Below, piece by piece: positions 59,776 to 64,000 of a stretch of 64,000 nucleotides of DNA. Both the position numbers and the translations under genes were made by a program. Origin of the DNA: Squalus acanthias (lineage: Eukaryota). The notes below the pieces were generated by a model. The model did no database searches. It saw only the letters and a list, made by a program, of their open reading frames with translations, and had not been told where the DNA came from. Numbering within the stretch: the stretch's first letter is position 1; each line of letters starts with the position of its first letter. The stretch spans positions 96,536,001 to 96,600,000 of the forward strand of contig CM059432.1 of assembly GCA_030390025.1 (NCBI GenBank). The letters run 5' to 3'.

Positions 59776-61947
59776 GGAGCTAAATTGGATAGCTCCCGAA
59801 AACGGGTGCGGGGATCACAATACGCGATTACCCCGCGCACGTTCAATGTGATGCAGGCAACATGCCAACTTCGTGCTGCCTGCTAATTACCATGATTGCA
59901 GCGTGAGGCCACTCAGCAGCATAATCAGGGGGCCCAAAATTGTGAGAGGTGAGCACCACTTAAAGCTAGCCTGCACTACTTAAATCCAGCCTGCACCTTT
60001 TAAAGGGGAGATGCATTGTGGCTGGAGCAGGTGGTGGAAGTTATATGGAACTCATTTTGACGTGGAAAAAGTCGTAATAATGGCACAACATGAGAGAGAG
60101 CGGGCTCCAAGATTTTCTAACGCTGCACTAGAGGCCTTGGTGGAGGAGGTGGAAAGGAGGAGTGAGGTCCTCTATCCACAGGGGGCCAGGAGGCCCTCCA
60201 GACAAACCCTTAGAAGGCAGTGGGACCAGATAGCAGTGACGGTCACTGCCAGGAATCAAGCCCGAGGTCCTGGATGCAGTGTCGCAAAAAGTTCAATGAC
60301 CTCACACAAGGGGTCAAGGTCAGTGACTGTACCTTCAAATGCCATATCCCACCAACTGCACCACTAGCCTCACACACTGCTCAATGCACTACACCCCCAT
60401 CAATCACCTACCAACAATATCTATCAATCAGACTCATACTACCATTCATAGCTTCACCTTACCATCACACACTTAGCACTGCTTCAAGCCTCACAGCCAC
60501 ATCTCACAGCTTGCATACACTTCCAGCTATTCAACTATGAGAGCCACATTACCCAAATAGGTTGCATGACACATTTCCCTCTCTCTTGCAGGACAAGGTG
60601 GCACACAACCGGAGGCAGCAAGAGCTAACTGGCGGGGAACAGGTGCGGTTGCATGTACTTACCCCCATGGAGGAAACGGTGCTGGCCATTATTGGAACGG
60701 CCATTGCTGAGGCCATGGCCATCAACGGGGCTGAAATGATAAAAGATGATGGTACCCTCATAGCTAATCCTCCTTCTCACATCCCACAATCTCTTCTGAT
60801 TTACAAGCTGCACAGGGTGTAAGCATGCACCTCTTACTTTACCCCCCTCCCCACACCACAACCCTAACCTTGTGCCTTTCTCCTTTCAGATACCCAAGAA
60901 CTACAACCTGCTCAGGCAGTGGTGGAAGAGTAACAGGTGGAAGAGCAACAAGACAGTGATGATGAAGAAACACCATCACTCAATTTCACACTCGCAGCCA
61001 CCAGCTCAGATACTGACACTGCGCATAATTTAGAGGATAGGTTAGAGGCGGGATCGACGTGTGGTGAGACACTGGGCATGAGTATCCTGCAGCCAGGGCA
61101 GGGGGCAAGGGTAGCACAGGTTCCAGCTCCCCGGAGGGTGAGGTCACACATGAGTTCTGCTGTAGAGGACTCAGATGAGCACTTCGATGGGGCAGGATAC
61201 AGAAGGCGGCTGATGGGTATGTACATTGAAATGCTTGGTGCATTGGGAAACTTGCCAGAAAGCCTGCATGCAATGTCAAGGTGCATGGAGGAGTCCGGCA
61301 CCAACTTGGCACAGGGCTTTACGCAGAGCTTGGAGCCCATCCTTTCCAGCGTGGAAGTGATGGGCAATTCCATTAGTACACTTGTGGACCCAAACATGAT
61401 GCAGTGTCTGATGGCCGATGTCTCAGCTTCCACTGCAGCACAAGCAGCAGCCACCCAACGTCTGGGTGCTGCAGTGGAAGCTCAGACTGCACTCATGCAA
61501 GGTCAGCTTGCTGCCATGGTGGCTGCGGATATCAGTGTTCAAAGGGGCTTGCAGGGTGTCACAGCAGTCCCGCAATCTGTCCTCGAAAAAAATAACTAGG
61601 ATTGCTGAGGCATCAGCCCGGGGGAGTGGCAGTGACTCCATGGAGCATGAACCTGCTGTCTTCTATCAGAATGACAGCACTCGTACTCCCACCACTGCCA
61701 CTCCGCCAGTGCCCTTGCTGTTGCCTGTCAGCCAACCAGCCCAGACTGCTGCTGCTCGTGCCAAGATGGTACAGTCCGCAGCCGGGCCTTCTGGGTCCAG
61801 AGCTGCTCAAGGTCATCCTCCACGGCCATCTGTAGTCTCCTCCACTGAAAGTCAGCAGCCTGCCACCAACCATACTGCAGCCACTGGGCTGGCACTGCAT
61901 AGGAGCACTAGGACAGGCAAAGGCACACAGAATATAGGCACTAAGGG
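59776..61947 (+). mobile_element. Harbinger family B, Myb-end half with 3-exon Myb pseudogene (ATG 60080)
   Basis: TIR-like GGAGCTAAATTGG; MAQHERERAPRFSNAALEALVEEV..QCRKKFNDL; homologous to 8500-10120. Confidence 0.85.
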
Positions 61948-62080
61948 TGAGAGGTTGTTTCCCCTGGCTGGAGAGTCTAGAACTAGGGACCATAGTCTCA
62001 GGATAAGGGGTCGGCCATTTAAGACTGAGATAAGGAGGAATTTCTTCACTCAGAGGATTGTGAATCTTTGAAATTATCTA
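61948..62080 (+). mobile_element. Short CR1 3' fragment
   Basis: ERLFPLAGESRTRDHSLRIRGRPFKTEIRRNFFTQR. Confidence 0.8.
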
Positions 62081-62214
62081 CTGTAAGATTCTAAACACGT
62101 AATAAAACCGCTGCTACCGTGTGGAGATCGAAATTGCGAACAAATTGTGAGATGGTAATGGACGGATTTAAAATGGAGGAAGTCAGCATGTGTTCCTTTG
62201 TCGGTAAGGATTTA

Positions 62215-64000
62215 GAACATAAGAAATTTTAAAATTAAAAAAAAGAACATAAGAAATAGGAGCAGGAATAGACCACTTGGCCCCTCGAGCCTGCTCCGAC
62301 ATTCAATAAGATCATGGCTGATCTTGGGCTCAAAGCCACTTCCCTGCCTGCTCCCCATAACCCTTCACTCCCTTATCTTGCAAAAATCTGTCTATCTCCA
62401 CCTTAAATGTATTTAATGACCCAGCCTCCACGGCTCTCTGGGGCAGAGAATTCCACAGATATACGACCCTCTGAGAGAAGAAATTTCTCCTCATCTCAGT
62501 TCTAAAAGGACGACCCTTTATTCTGAAACTATGCCCCCAAGCTCTAGATTTCCCCACGAGGGGAAACATCCTCTCTACATCTACCTTGGCGAGCCCCCTC
62601 AGTATCTTATATGTTTTAATAAGATCATCTCTCATTCTTCTAAATTCCAATGAGTATAGGCCCAACCTGCTCAACCTTTCTTCATAAGTCCAACCCCTCA
62701 TCTCTGGAATTAACCTAGTGAATCGTCTCTGAACTGCCTCCAATGCAAGTATATCCTTCCTTAAATAAGGAGACCAAAACTATACGCAGTACTCAATGTG
62801 TGGTCTCACCAATACCCTGTACAGTTGTAGCAGGACTTCCCTGCTTTTATACTCCAACCCCCTTGCAATAAAGGCCAACATTCCATATGCCTTTTTGATT
62901 ACTTGCTGTACCTGCATGCAAACTTTTTGTGTTTCATGCACAAGGACCCCCAGGTCCCTCTGAACTGTAGCATTTTGTAATCTCTCTCCATTTAAATAAT
63001 AATTTGCTTTTTCATTTTTCCTGCCAAAGTGGATAACCTCGCACTTTCCCACATTATACTCCATCTGCCAAATGTTTGCCCACTCACTTAGCCTGTCTAT
63101 ATCCCTTTGCAGATTCTTTGAGTCCTCTGCACAACTTGCTTTCCCACCCATCTTTGTATCATCCGCAAACTTGGCTACATTACACTGAGTCCCGTCATCC
63201 AAGTCATTAATGTAGATTGTAAATAGTTGAGGCCCCAGCACCGATCCCTGTGGCACCCCACTAGTTACCGTTTGCCAACCGGAAAATGACCCATTTATCC
63301 CGACTCTCTGCTTTCTGTTAGTTAGCCAATTCTCTATCCATGCTAATATATTACCCCCAACTCCGTGAGCTCTTATCTTATGCAGTAACCTTTTATGTGG
63401 CACCTTATCGAATGCCTTCTGGAAATCCAAATATACCACATCCACTGGCTCACCTTTGTCCACCCTGCTCGTTACATCCTCAAAGAACTCCAGCAAATTT
63501 GTTAAACATGATTTCCCTTTCATAAAACCATGCTGACTCTACTCGACTGCATTATGATTTTCTAAATGCCCTGCTACTGCTTCCTTAATGAAGGACTCTA
63601 GCATTTTCCCAATGACAGATGTTAGGCTAACTGGTCTATAGTTTCCTGCTTTCTTTCTCCCTCCTTTCTTAAATAGGGGTGTTACATTTGCGGTTTTTCA
63701 ATCCGCTGGGACCTCTCCAGAGTCCAGGGAATTTTGGTATATTGCAACCAATGCATCCACTATCTCTGCAGCCATTTCTTTTAAGACCCTGGGATGCAGG
63801 CCATCTGGTCCAGGGGACTTGTCATCTTTTAGTCCCATTATTTTACCAAGTACTTTTTTCTTAGTGATAGTGATTGTCTTTAGTCCCCCCCGCCCTGTGG
63901 CCCCTTGATTATCCATTATTGGGATGCTGTGAAGACAGATACAAAATATTTGTTCAGAGTCTCTGCCATTTCCCCGTTCCCCATTATTAATTCCCCAGTC
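62215..64000 (-). mobile_element. Relatively well-preserved CR1 family A LINE, running off the window end
   Basis: KSCLTNLLEFF, LDFQKAFDKVPH, GVPQGSVLGP, FADD, long open stretches, aagaacat tail. Confidence 0.95.

Overview
Vertebrate genomic DNA, almost certainly cartilaginous fish (shark), judged from the CR1, Harbinger, Penelope and SINE repertoire. No host exon could be supported, and most of the window is nested mobile elements. The centrepiece is a 9.85-kb minus-strand provirus (32912-42762; paired TG...CA LTRs, 4-bp TSD GTTC). It carries gag (coiled coil, CA-like region, CCHC), a UGA-CUAG gag/pol junction, and pol with protease, YVDD RT, two RNase H folds and a partly deleted integrase. 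Its env has paramyxovirus/baculovirus-F-like rather than SU/TM architecture, which fits a lokiretrovirus-like lineage, and apparently carries an Ig-like domain ahead of the F module. Also present are several PIF/Harbinger families, including one copy with an intact transposase and a matching MITE. A full-length Vingi-like LINE has an HDV-like ribozyme at its exact 5' end, and two Penelope-derived insertions carry minimal hammerhead motifs. Many CR1-group LINE fragments fill the rest. All family assignments rest on motif recognition by eye, not on database searches.
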